The position numbers were made by a program, and so were the translations under genes. From positions 1 to 40,273 of the forward strand of contig NIVC01004626.1 in the NCBI GenBank assembly GCA_002269645.1: DNA of 40,273 bases, read 5' to 3'. Origin of the DNA: Macrostomum lignano (taxonomy: Eukaryota). Positions within the stretch are counted from its first letter, which is position 1. Each line of letters opens with the position of its first letter. The notes beneath the pieces were generated by a model. That model saw nothing but the letters and a program-made list of their open reading frames with translations, ran no database searches and was not told the origin of the DNA. Shown here piece after piece: positions 19,770 through 30,979 of the stretch.

Positions 19770-20164
19770 GACCGTTATTTTTTTGTCCTTTCCCACAACT
19801 TTCGAATTCGTTTGCTAACTTTTTTGACAGCCTCTCGCCAAAATTTGTAATGAGAAAAGGTTTGTTTTTCTGTTTTGAGATAATTCTCTTGGTGGTGGAC
19901 GATGTTACGCGTCATTATTCGTCATTTTTCCATTTACGTCGTAGTATATTTTTCCTCATCTATCATGCTCACATGCGCTTAAACTTGGCTCTAACGGTTT
20001 TTTGTTCTCTGCTGACTGTTTCACTTAAAACAACAAACCAGTATTTGTCTGTTCGGCTAAGATATTTTTTTCCTTTTTCATTGTTATTTTGCAACAAGTT
20101 CGAACGTAATTTAGGTTTGCTTTTCCGAATTTAAAGAATCAAATGATAAATCATTTGGGGGGAG

Positions 20165-20381
20165 TGTCGAAAAAATGAGTTGGCCTAGGCTAGCCGCCTA
20201 TTTCATCCATAAGGTATTTTCTCTATTTTCACTGTACGCACGATGTACTATCTCCGCCAACCCCCAAAACTTTTCACCTATGTTTAAGTTAGAGAATATA
20301 AAAGCTGAATTCTGGGCTGCGACCGCCCTAACTTCGTTTTCTTTGTCGCCAGCCAAAATCAATTATTGGTTTATTCTTTAA
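20165..20381 (+). repeat. BEL 3' LTR (217 bp, TG...TA)
   Basis: Follows the PPT, matches the reconstructed 5' LTR, and is followed by TSD AACTC. Confidence 0.93.
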
Positions 20382-20548
20382 ACTCTGCTGTGATTTGCCA
20401 CTCAGTTTCTATGCTGAATGGTTTGTATGTCGACGTAATTCAGTATTCATGCATAACCTTGTAAGTGTTGGATTCTTGACTTCAGTGCGTAGATTACACA
20501 CTTTTAATTAGAACTCTCACGAGCTCATAGATGCTGAATGAAGCTTAT

Positions 20549-20730
20549 AACAGAATTTCTGTGTGTTCACTGGCCTGACCAACAGAATCTCTGTGTGCTC
20601 ACTGGCCTTAGCCTGACCAACAGAATCTCTGTGTGCTCACTGGCCTTAGCCTGACCAACAGAATCTCTGTGTGCTCACTGGCCTTAGCCTGACCAACAGA
20701 ATCTCTGTGTGCTCACTGAACTGACCAACA
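20549..20730 (+). repeat. 38-bp tandem minisatellite (~4.5 copies, AACAGAATCTCTGTGTGCTCACTGGCCTTAGCCTGACC)
   Basis: Direct reading of head-to-tail units. Confidence 0.9.
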
Positions 20731-20790
20731 GTGAACTGACCATCAAATAATGAAATTTTTTCTGTTTTCTTACCTCTGCTCTTCTGTGAA

Positions 20791-21242
<452 letters not shown>

Positions 21243-21741
21243 AAAACAGATTCAGACTAGCTTTGGTAATAAAAGATGGATTTTTTCTACCTACCAGAAT
21301 AATCTTGCCTCGATAAGCTGAAGGCTTATAAATTTAGCTAATTGCTGTATTGAAAAGTGCCCAAGTTATGTTGTGTCTCAGATAGCTAGTTGGATTCAGG
21401 ATATGCGTGCGATACCTACTGCTTTCAGTAATATCTCACCCAGTGCAATTATCAGTTCTGTCATTGTCATTGAAACTACAGGATAAATAACTACAGCAAT
21501 GCCAACTCCAATGGCACAGTTCTATCTGTCTCGTGCATTATTAACTGCCATTGCGATAGAAACTTTGCTATCCAATCCAGTTGCACGCCCAGATTATTCC
21601 AGTTCATTTGAGCTCATTAAAATGCTGGATGCATTGGCGGCTTTTACTCCACGCCACACAAACTTCTATTAGCTAGTCACAGTTTAACTCTAATTAGAAA
21701 AAACTGTCTGCATCCTAGCTCAGCATTCTCGCTCCTAATTG

Positions 21742-24700
21742 ATGGCTTCTGAGCGACAGACCGAGGAAGGCCTTCAGGCTGATGAGAAGCAGCAAGACAA
21801 ACAACAAGAAAATTCACCGCCCCAGAAAGTCACTCAGTTCGTGTCCGACTTCTGCGGCTACACCTCCGCTCACGGACTCGGCCGGTTCTCTTCCCAGTCG
21901 GGCACCTTGGGTCGCGTCATCTGGCTTACCTTCCTGCTGGGCACCTACGGCGGCTTCACGTACCACCTGTACAGCCTGTTCGACCGGTTCATGGGCGCAC
22001 CGGTGCTCACGTCCATTGCGACCTCGCTTCCGTTCGAGTTTCCGGATGTGTACCTGTGCCCGCACAGAGCGATCACCATGAGCACCATGGTGGAGAGGAT
22101 CTCGCCTACGTATTTAACTAACTCCCAAGTTGACTGCTGCTGGTCGAACAGCTTCGCCTTTGACATGGAGAAAAAAGTAAGTGGCGCCCACCCGTCTGAG
22201 TTGCGACTTACTCCGGAGATTCTGGCACTGTTTCACGTGATTTCCTGGACGGAGCAATCGCTGATGAAAGAATACCGACAGGCTGTTAACCGTGAGCTCT
22301 GCGACTACTCAATGCTTTTTCTTCGAGAACCCTAGAACGCTCAGAACTCTGGTATAGCCTAGCTGTTCTTGTCAGAGCATCAAAGTTACTAAGACTTTTG
22401 TCAGGAGCTTAATTGTGACAATAAAAATTTCGCTAGCCTATTTAAAGGTTGCAGCTACAGTAAACATTTTCTGCATTAAACTTTCTCTGCACACGCCTAA
22501 CCTAAGCTGATTAGGCTTATCAACTCAGGAGTCGTGCCCAAACACCGTTGCAGACAGCAATTCCGAGTGTCGCATCACGCACGCTGGTGAGGAGTACAAT
22601 GGTAGCCTCTCAGTTGTGCCCATCTACCAACGTATTGGAGAAGAAAAATTCGTACCGAACGTCAGCTTCTCGGGCACCTTGCCGTACCTGGGCTACCAGA
22701 ATTGCACCGAGTGGAACCGAGCTGTCCCATCAAGCCGGCCTGATTCTGGCGTTGAACCTGTCAGAGAGTGACAACAAGTGCAGAGCTCCTCCGGGCGTCC
22801 CTCTGACTCAGTGGTGGAATGGGTCCTATCGTAAGTTAAACCGCAATTAAAACTTTACCGAGAATTCGGGATCAAGGACCACTAGAAGTTACCGTTGTAT
22901 CAGGACGCAACACTCGTAAATATTGCAAAGTTAATTGAAGGCCCGCTTGTTTACGTGTATTTAGCGATGCTTGCTTCAAAAAAGCATTCTAGTCGACTGT
23001 TTTAAAAAAGCTTGCACTAAATTTGAGCCTCAGGAGCTCCAGAATAGGTGTATTCATAATTTATTAGGGCTTTAACTTGTTAAATGCACATATATTTATA
23101 AAAGTACTTATGACATGTCATCATATGCAACCTTGCAACTCGTTTAAAACTTGCTATGCTTTATGCAGACATAGTGCTAGACATACAACGGTAACTTCTA
23201 GTGATCCTTGTTCGGGATACTCTTATATTTCCCTTCCTGAACAAGAGGTTGATCCTTAATTGACTGCACTTAAGAATTGTAAATGAAACTATCAGGTTTA
23301 GTAAATTTTTACTTGTGGAATTTAAATGGCTCATTAATGAAATAGTTTTTCGTCGCTTTTTGCAACACGAGTAGCGAGTCTGCTCAAATTATGTTCATAG
23401 AGCCAGTTTTATGTGCACGTGCCTCGCTAGTCACCTTGTGTGAGTGCTTTCATAAGAGTCGGTGGTGAGTCTGCAGCTAGTTCAATATGTTCCATTTTTA
23501 CGGAAATTCTTCCCTAGTACCCGGTATCTCACTAGTGCATTTTGGGTCGAAAACCGGCTCTAAATAGGGGTCGTTGCACCGATTCCAAAGACTCGACTTT
23601 AGAACCATGAGACGTATTCGGTCTGCCCCCATGAGGGCCGATCCAAAGACACAGAGTCTGAGCACTGAGCATTGAGAATGCACAGAAAGAGAAGGCACTA
23701 TTCCTCTGAAAAATGTATTGCCTGGGTGACTGAAATTAAAAATATGATCGGCATTTGTTCTCTAGGTCCGCTGCAAATCGAGCTTGGCTGCTATTTCAAA
23801 GCGGCAGCTTCGGCGCCCTATAAATGTGCCATAAATGACTTTGCTGGCATGACGAGCCAGATGTGCAGAGAATGCTGCTACGGAAAGGGTTATGTCTACA
23901 TGGGCCTGACCAGCCCAGACTGCTACTGCATCACAAAGAGCGACGGTGATAATATGAAGATGTTTGGCAGCGCCTCTAACTGTGACGCCACGTGCAACGG
24001 AGAAAAGCGAGTCTGCGGCAGCAACGATCTCCTGTCGCTGAGTCTCTTGCAGATCGATTTCGACGGTAGGTACCTTAAATATTTTTTTAATACACTATAA
24101 CAAGTTATCTAGTAAATAATAATAACTGCCAGAAACTTTTGCTTTCCATATTCTAATTCTCGGCTGCAATCAAATCCATCGAGTACGAGTGACCCTCAAT
24201 TTTCCACTCGGGGCTTTCAAGGATGGACACAGAGACTCTGTGGCTTCGCCTAGTCAAAGTAGTCTATGGCCCAAACCAAAGTGGCTAGAAGGCGCGATCA
24301 GTTTTCCAACTGAGGCAACAAATTTTCCACACCCTGTAAGCAGAGGACTCCGTGGAAAAGGCAGCGGAATTTTGTCTATGGCCAAGCTATACTGAGACCA
24401 TTCAGTGCCGAAGCTTTTCTGAGAGGCTTTGATCAGGTCTAAACTTAAGTGCGAGCTTGTGGTCTCGTAAGACCACAAACAGCCCTTTTCTTTTGACGAC
24501 TTGATTGACTGACGCGTTGTCTGCTCTCTGACGGCGGAGATTTAACCTCCACAAGGCCAAAATACTAAAATTAGCGATGAAACGCGGCAGCTCATCATTC
24601 ATTCTCACGAACGGGGAGACACAATACACTGTAGGTCTTGCCAAGATATCCTGGTTTAAATACGAGTGGAAAACTGATTGCGCCTTCTAGCCATTTTGGC

Positions 24701-25439
24701 TTGGGCCATAGACTACTTTGACTAGGCGAAGCCACAGAGTCTCTGTGTCCACTTTTGAAAGCCCAGAGTGGAAAATTGACTGCAAAAAGCGATACTTGTT
24801 TGCAGGCTTGGAATATCAGCTTCAAAAATCAAAGTTTGTCAACTCTCAGTCCCTCCAGCACCTTGCTAAACCCGACTGAGATCAGGCCCGGCAAGCAATT
24901 GATCATTAAGATAAAATCGCGCCTAATTAATCCACTTTTGATAATAGTAAGCACATAATTCCAGACTCGAGGCCGATGCGCATTCCGCTTGGCAACAGCC
25001 TCACGAATTCGATGCAGGGTCCTTACTGCTTCTACTTTGACAGCACCCAGCTCAGCGCCTACTACTGCGGCGTTCCGTTCTGTGGTAACGCAGTTTTATT
25101 TTTATCTACATGCATATTCGAGCTACATCTAGTATGGTCATTCAGGAAACTTGAAATGCAAGCTGGGAAGGTAATTAGTGTTGAAACAAACTGGCGATCC
25201 AATTCGATCAATAACTTGATTTCACGACAAAGCAAATTTAATTCACTGAAGTAAATTTACGCTGCCGTGAAGCACTGTTATGACGTGTGCCTGCAGATAC
25301 ACTGTAGTGTTTTAACAGCTCATAAATAACTCACTCACAAGTCGTAAGCCAAACTTTGAGCCAAGCCAAGCCAAGCCAAGCCAAGCCAAGCCAAGCCAAG
25401 CTGAGCCAACTAACTAACTAACTAAATAACTAACTAACG

Positions 25440-25478
<39 letters not shown>

Positions 25479-25495
25479 GAACTAACGAACTAACG

Positions 25496-25541
<46 letters not shown>

Positions 25542-25567
25542 ATTACTAACTAAATTACTAACTAACG

Positions 25568-25605
<38 letters not shown>

Positions 25606-25632
25606 ATAACTAACTAACTAACTAACTAAATT

Positions 25633-25689
<57 letters not shown>

Positions 25690-25690
25690 G

Positions 25691-25727
<37 letters not shown>

Positions 25728-25775
25728 GACTAACTAACTAACTAACTAACTAACTAACGAACTAACGAACTAACG

Positions 25776-25809
<34 letters not shown>

Positions 25810-25875
25810 ATTACTAACTAACTAACTAACTGACTAACTAACTAACGAACTAACTAACTAACGAACGAACGAACG

Positions 25876-25954
<79 letters not shown>

Positions 25955-28900
25955 GAACTAACGAACTAAATAACTAACTAACTAAATTACTAACTAACTA
26001 ACGCAGCATGTTAAGTTAAGATTGCCTTTATCATGTTTACTAGTTATTGTCGATAGAGTTATATTATACAATTTCGAATAAAAATTCATACAGGAGCCAA
26101 CGAGAACCACGACTGCGTCCCGAGCCAATCTGAAAAGGTGGCGCCAGACCAGACCGAGCTGGCGCACTACACCGGCTTCCGGAACGTCACAGTGACTGGG
26201 AAGCCTTGCGTGAACTGGAGAAACTTGCAAAATATTAGTCGAACGATCGAAGGTTATGGTAAGCAGCTTTCTCAAGAAATATGAGCAGTAAGCAGCAGAG
26301 TGATGAATGGCAATGAATTTTAGCGTTCCCTTTGTACTTTTATATTAGAGGCAGGGGCTGTGTGCACCCTGGCACACTTTAAGCGACATTGTGAAGAACT
26401 TTTATCCAAGACACAATGACAAGTCTAAACGGGCACTATTACACCATTCAGCGACTCCATCGGCAGATTTTTCCAATTGATAAGACTGATGATTTTACTA
26501 AACTAATTAAAAATTTCTTATTAGGTTATTGACTCGCTTATAATATTATCTGATTGTCAGTTCAACTTTCCCTCGCCACGCGTAATCAATGTACATCTTA
26601 CTCTCTGCCCAGGTGACCAATCAGTTCACCTACCCCATCTCTCCTTCAATTAAATCAAAATTAAAAGCATGAACTAATGGCTCAAGAGTACTCCTGTGAT
26701 CACACAGTTTGTACATCAAATTTGATTCCTTAGTGTGATTTGGTGGCCCATTCGTTGACAATGTGAATGAGCAGTTGGCGTTTCCTTTTTTAAAAGCAAG
26801 TTGGTAAGAGACTAGCAATAGCTTCGATTATTGGCCTGTGGGGTTGTTCGATTTTCGCTAACGAGAGACATCTTTTTAGGAGAATTTTAAGAGCATTGAT
26901 AATAACGATTATGAATAAGGCATGCTAGATGTACTCCTCTCTGTAAGTGTCGGTGAGCAGAGTAAACATAGTCGTACTTACCTGCCTGCCTTGTAGACTG
27001 TGACCAGAAGTCTCAAGCTCACTCCGTCGGTACATGTACTTCTATTGGCTGAATCAAATCTCAGTGCGGCATTCTGATGTGCTTATCATAAATCGAAACC
27101 TTGAATAAACTTTTAGTTTGGAACGCATCCAGGACTTTTCTGCAAATGCCGGATTCTGTCGGATTCAGCGATCACAATTACTGCCGGTCGGTCAGCCACG
27201 TCCAAGAGAACATCATCCATATCTACGGCAGTCTAAAGTACGCTATTCATCTCTTCTAAGGGTGTCTCATAATAACTGTTTATCTCGTTATGTAATGTGA
27301 AAAAATTCAGTACATTTTTGCATTTCTATGTACTCGTATCAGGAAAATTCGATGGACTCTGGAGTCGAGCCTGACTCCCGGGTGCTATGTCTATACACCG
27401 GATGAAGAAAACATTTACACGTTCAGAACCTGTAGCATTCCGATGTGCTGTGAGTTTGTTTTTTTAAATTCATAGCTAAATTCGAAACAAAATATATTCT
27501 ATTCTCAGGAGACTTAGAAGAAAAGTTTGGGCTTTGCTAAGAAAGGGCACGCGAACTTAGCCCGAAAATGGACGCAAAGTATCGGTGTCACTGTCAGATC
27601 CCGCTATGAATGCAGAATCATCGAAAATCCCATAATGATGAATTTCTATTTGTTGGTTAAAGACACCGAGAGCCCGAGCATCACAGGCGCGATCCGGCAT
27701 TCCATTGGCACCGACCTACTGGAACGCCAGTTCGGCAGCAATCTGGACGTGAGCCTGACGGACTGCAGTTTTGGCGGGCAGAAGTGCACACAAGATGACT
27801 TCTTGAATATGCTGCATCCTCAGTTGGGTCTGTGTCACCGCTTCAAAGCCGATCGGTTCGTGGCTGGCATAAACAATGTCCAGCTGGCCAACTCGGAGCT
27901 GTCAATCACATTCTTCACTGACGCCACCGACTCATTTGGACGAGCATTCAACAACATAAGCAAACTGGAGGCCGGAGTCCGGCCCAATGAGATGCTGGCG
28001 GATGAAACCAACAATGCGCTCAAGGTGAATTTAAAAAGACTGGAAAAATAATTCACTGTTAGGGTGTTTGTGCTGAGTAGGGTGCTTGACTGCAAGTTTT
28101 CCGCCTCAAAACTAATGCGACATTCTTAGCTTTTAGGATTAGTTAGTTGGAATAATTGAAAACGATCCAGACTCTTCAAGCCTTTTCAAACTTTAAAACC
28201 ATAAAAGTGATCATTGGCTGAGCAAGGCAGCGAGCAATGGTGCAGCGCCTCGAACACCGGAGCTCTATGATCATAAGAGCTCAACAATTCTTACACTCGG
28301 CCTTGCAAACTGAGTAAAAAGATCTCTAGAAGGATAGAGTGGAAAAAGAAAAGAAAAAGTCACTTCCCAATAAAATCGATAAAATCGAAGGAGATTAGAA
28401 AAATTGACCAATTTCTTAAACCTGAGACAATATTTTCGTGTCCTTACTGCATAACTCAATCCGTCTGTATGAGATGCAAGTACTGGTAGATAATTAACGC
28501 CTAAAACACATAAATTACAATCGCCTCATGAGGCAAATGAGGAAGGTAACAAACCAAAATTACAGCCGAAGTAAACTGAGATCCGTTTCCTTTTGGGTGG
28601 GAAGTCAGTTTTATGCTGCTTTAAGCACCTTCTTTCATCCGCGAATTGCTTCAGGTGATTATCCTGCCGCAAGGCGAGTTCCCCGACTCCTCGTACGCTT
28701 TTGAAGTAGATCCAGCGCAGCTCGTGGTGATCCGACTGCGTTATGACCGCGTGACCAAAATTTCGCGCTCGGAGCTGCCCTGCAAGAAGTTAGAGGCTCC
28801 AGTCACTTACCGGATGTCTAGCTGGGCCAGCGCTCGTGATAAAAATTTAACAAAGTATGCCGGTTAGACCTTCATAATACTCAATATTATAATTTACATT

Positions 28901-30211
28901 ATATAGTATTCCAGCCCGTCAATATTTTCACAGGCTGAAAATCGACGCCAGAAATCTTGTTCAATCTTCGGCCAATTGGAGTCAAAAAATTGCTATGCTC
29001 AAAGCAGCCCTCCTGGAAAACAACCAGGATGAGTAAGAGATGCATTCTTAACAAGCGCAAATCTTTAATTCTGCACTTAATTGTAAAATCTGATACAATA
29101 ATTTCAGTGGAGGATTTCAGCAAAAAATGGAGTTCAAAGTTTCCGGCTTCCAGGACTGCATCTACGCCTACCAGGTGCAGAAGTTCGTTGATGCCTGCAA
29201 CTGCCTACCGGAGTCGTTGCCGATCCCTGAGGCCTATTTCGATCGCTACTCGTACTGCTTCAACAGCAGCAATGTCGCGTACCTGGATGCGACAGAACAA
29301 TGCTATGTCCGACAAATGGCCCGTTTGTTTCTTTACCAAAAGGAGACCTTCAGCGTTTGCGAGTCTCAGTGCCGAATTCGAAAATATGTGTTGCGCCAGG
29401 CTACGCGCACCTGGCCCGTCATCAGTCGGGTGAATGCAGTGAAGTTCCTTGCCAACCTGGCCTCCCTGACCGGTTACCGCTTCAATTTGAGCAACTCTCG
29501 AGGCATAGCCAGCATCTACCACACCTACCTCTCGGCGAAGAGCGTCGAGAATGTACCCCGCGACAACATGAGCTCGTCGGAGTTGCTGAAGTTTGACTAT
29601 CAGCTCCAGGCCATAAAGAACCGACTGGCCAAGCTGACTGTAAAGGCATCGTCTGCCTTTGGCGAGGACATTACCGAGGAAGAAGCTTATCCTGCTAAGA
29701 ATCTCGTTGCTGACATTGGTGGTGAGTTCGTTGTTGGGTGCATTATTTGCTAAATGTAAATATAAGTTACATCTAGAGTGAGTCTTCAAGAGCCAAAAAG
29801 TCATTAAAAGAACTGGTCTGAGATATTTGTTCTGTTGATATCCACATCAGTATAATAATTGTCAATGGACTGAATGGGCTGCGTTAAGTAAAGTTAAAAC
29901 ATGAACTTGCTACTTGTCATTCCAAACGTTGCTCCAAATTTGTGTCAGGTGCCCTCGGCCTCTGGAGCGGCGTCTCAGTTCTGACCGTCTGCGAGCTGGT
30001 CGAACTCCTCATCTACATCGGCATGGTCGTTGGGCAGCGGATGCGCAAGCAAGACGTTGAACCCGAGACTGGCAAAATCAATGACAACGGCACCCAGGAA
30101 GCTCAGAATGAGATCGAAACAGTCGATACAGGGGAATCTGAGCAAGTCGGCAACGGTGAAACACAGCATGTAGTCACGAGTTCCAAAGACTCTGCTGAGA
30201 CGTGCCTATGA
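21742..30211 (+). CDS. DEG/ENaC (ASIC-like) channel subunit with kringle(WSC)-kringle insert, ~1025 aa; exons 21742-22291, 22554-22830, 23766-24065, 24965-25084, 26094-26258, 27117-27237, 27343-27449, 27663-28024, 28655-28854, 29108-29721, 29949-30211
   Basis: Pre-TM1 TSAHGLGR, TM1, FPDVYLCP, DCSFGGQKC...GLCHRF, CNCLP, LVADIGGALGLWSGVSVLTVCE (GxS filter). All ten introns are GT-AG with compatible phases. One frameshift is needed in exon 2 (~22720-22770). Confidence 0.85.
24197..24778. mobile_element. Foldback/MITE-like element with ~110-bp inverted arms (24197-24307, 24667-24778) in an ENaC intron
   Basis: The arms are near-perfect reverse complements (CAATTTTCCACTC...CAGTTTTCCA). No clear TSD. 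Confidence 0.7.
25361..26003 (+). repeat. (CCAAG)n followed by ~600-bp (TAAC)n microsatellite
   Basis: Direct reading; intronic. Confidence 0.97.
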
Positions 30212-30270
30212 AGTTTTCAGAGATCTGTTTTTGGGCCTTTGAAAAAAACCTATATTTATACTGTCCCCCG

Positions 30271-30979
30271 CGTGGCGCATAAGTAATTGAACAACTAAAC
30301 TTAAATAACTAACTCATACATGAGGAACGTTGACGAAACTTAACAGCCCTAAAGATCATATAATGTTGCGCCGGTTTTAGCTGACCGGGGCCTGTTACCT
30401 CTGCCCGCTGGGTGGGTGGGGTTGCGATGTACGTGTGTGTGGTATGAGGTGGTGGGTTGGGTCGCGCTGGCCCTTTTATTCGCGTGTTCTGCCTTGGCGT
30501 GCTTGGCTGAAATTTTTTTTTGTTTTCTTGTGTGCTTGCTTTTGCCCCTCTGCTTTTACCCCTCTGCTTTTACCCCTCTGCCTTTACCCCTCTGCCTTTA
30601 CCCCTCTGCCTTTACCCCTCTGCTTTTACCCCTCTGCTTTTACCCCTCTGCCTTTACTCCTCTGCCTTTACCCCTCTGCTTTTACCCCTTTGCTTTTACC
30701 CCTTTGCTTTTACCCCTCTGCTTTTACCCCTCTGCTTTTACCCCTTTGCTTTTACCCCTCTGTTTTTACCCGTTTGATTTCGCATAAAATACGCTGGCTC
30801 TCGCTGGGCTCGTTTCGCCCGCTTTTTCGCCGCCACCCCTGCGTCCTCTCTTTGCTCCTTTTGGCCCATTCAAATTCTTACTATGTTTTCTTTAAGGCTG
30901 TTGAGATTCGTTAACGTTCCTCATGTATGCGATAGTTATTTAAGTTGAAAGTTGTTTCCGTTACTTACACGCCACCCTG
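30271..30979. mobile_element. Tc1/mariner-like MITE with ~65-bp imperfect TIRs enclosing a 14-bp minisatellite (CCCCTCTGCTTTTA)n at ~30545-30772
   Basis: 30271-30337 is an imperfect reverse complement of 30907-30976. The right end reads CACCCTG|TA (mariner-type terminus); the left end is degenerate. Confidence 0.6.

Larger units (their letters stand above)
1843..20381 (+). mobile_element. BEL/Pao LTR retrotransposon, full length but decayed, with two nested insertions
   Basis: Matching LTRs at both ends, 5-bp TSD AACTC (1838-1842 and 20382-20386), PBS at 12599, PPT GGGGGGAG at 20157-20164. Domain order gag-protease-RT-RNaseH-integrase with BEL-type motifs (KLPK..IPTF.G..W..FWDQ; FGLTCSPAIL; LHGFSDASKRAY; NPADLPSRG; GLDYAGP; APWWGGYWERLIGIVK). 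Confidence 0.95.

Noticed and set aside
20549-20730. 38-bp repeats as a CRISPR array
   Set aside because: The units are head-to-tail with no unique spacers, there are no cas genes, and the context is eukaryotic.
25406-26003. (TAAC)n as an interstitial telomere
   Set aside because: Not a TTAGGG/TTAGG-type repeat; an ordinary intronic microsatellite.
29690-29721. Asn at the degenerin site (AYPAKNLVADIGG) as a gain-of-function sign
   Set aside because: Asn occurs naturally at this position in some ENaC subunits, so it is not informative alone.
30416-30914. Hydrophobic ORFs (PSAFTPLLLPLCFY repeats)
   Set aside because: Artefact of the 14-bp minisatellite.
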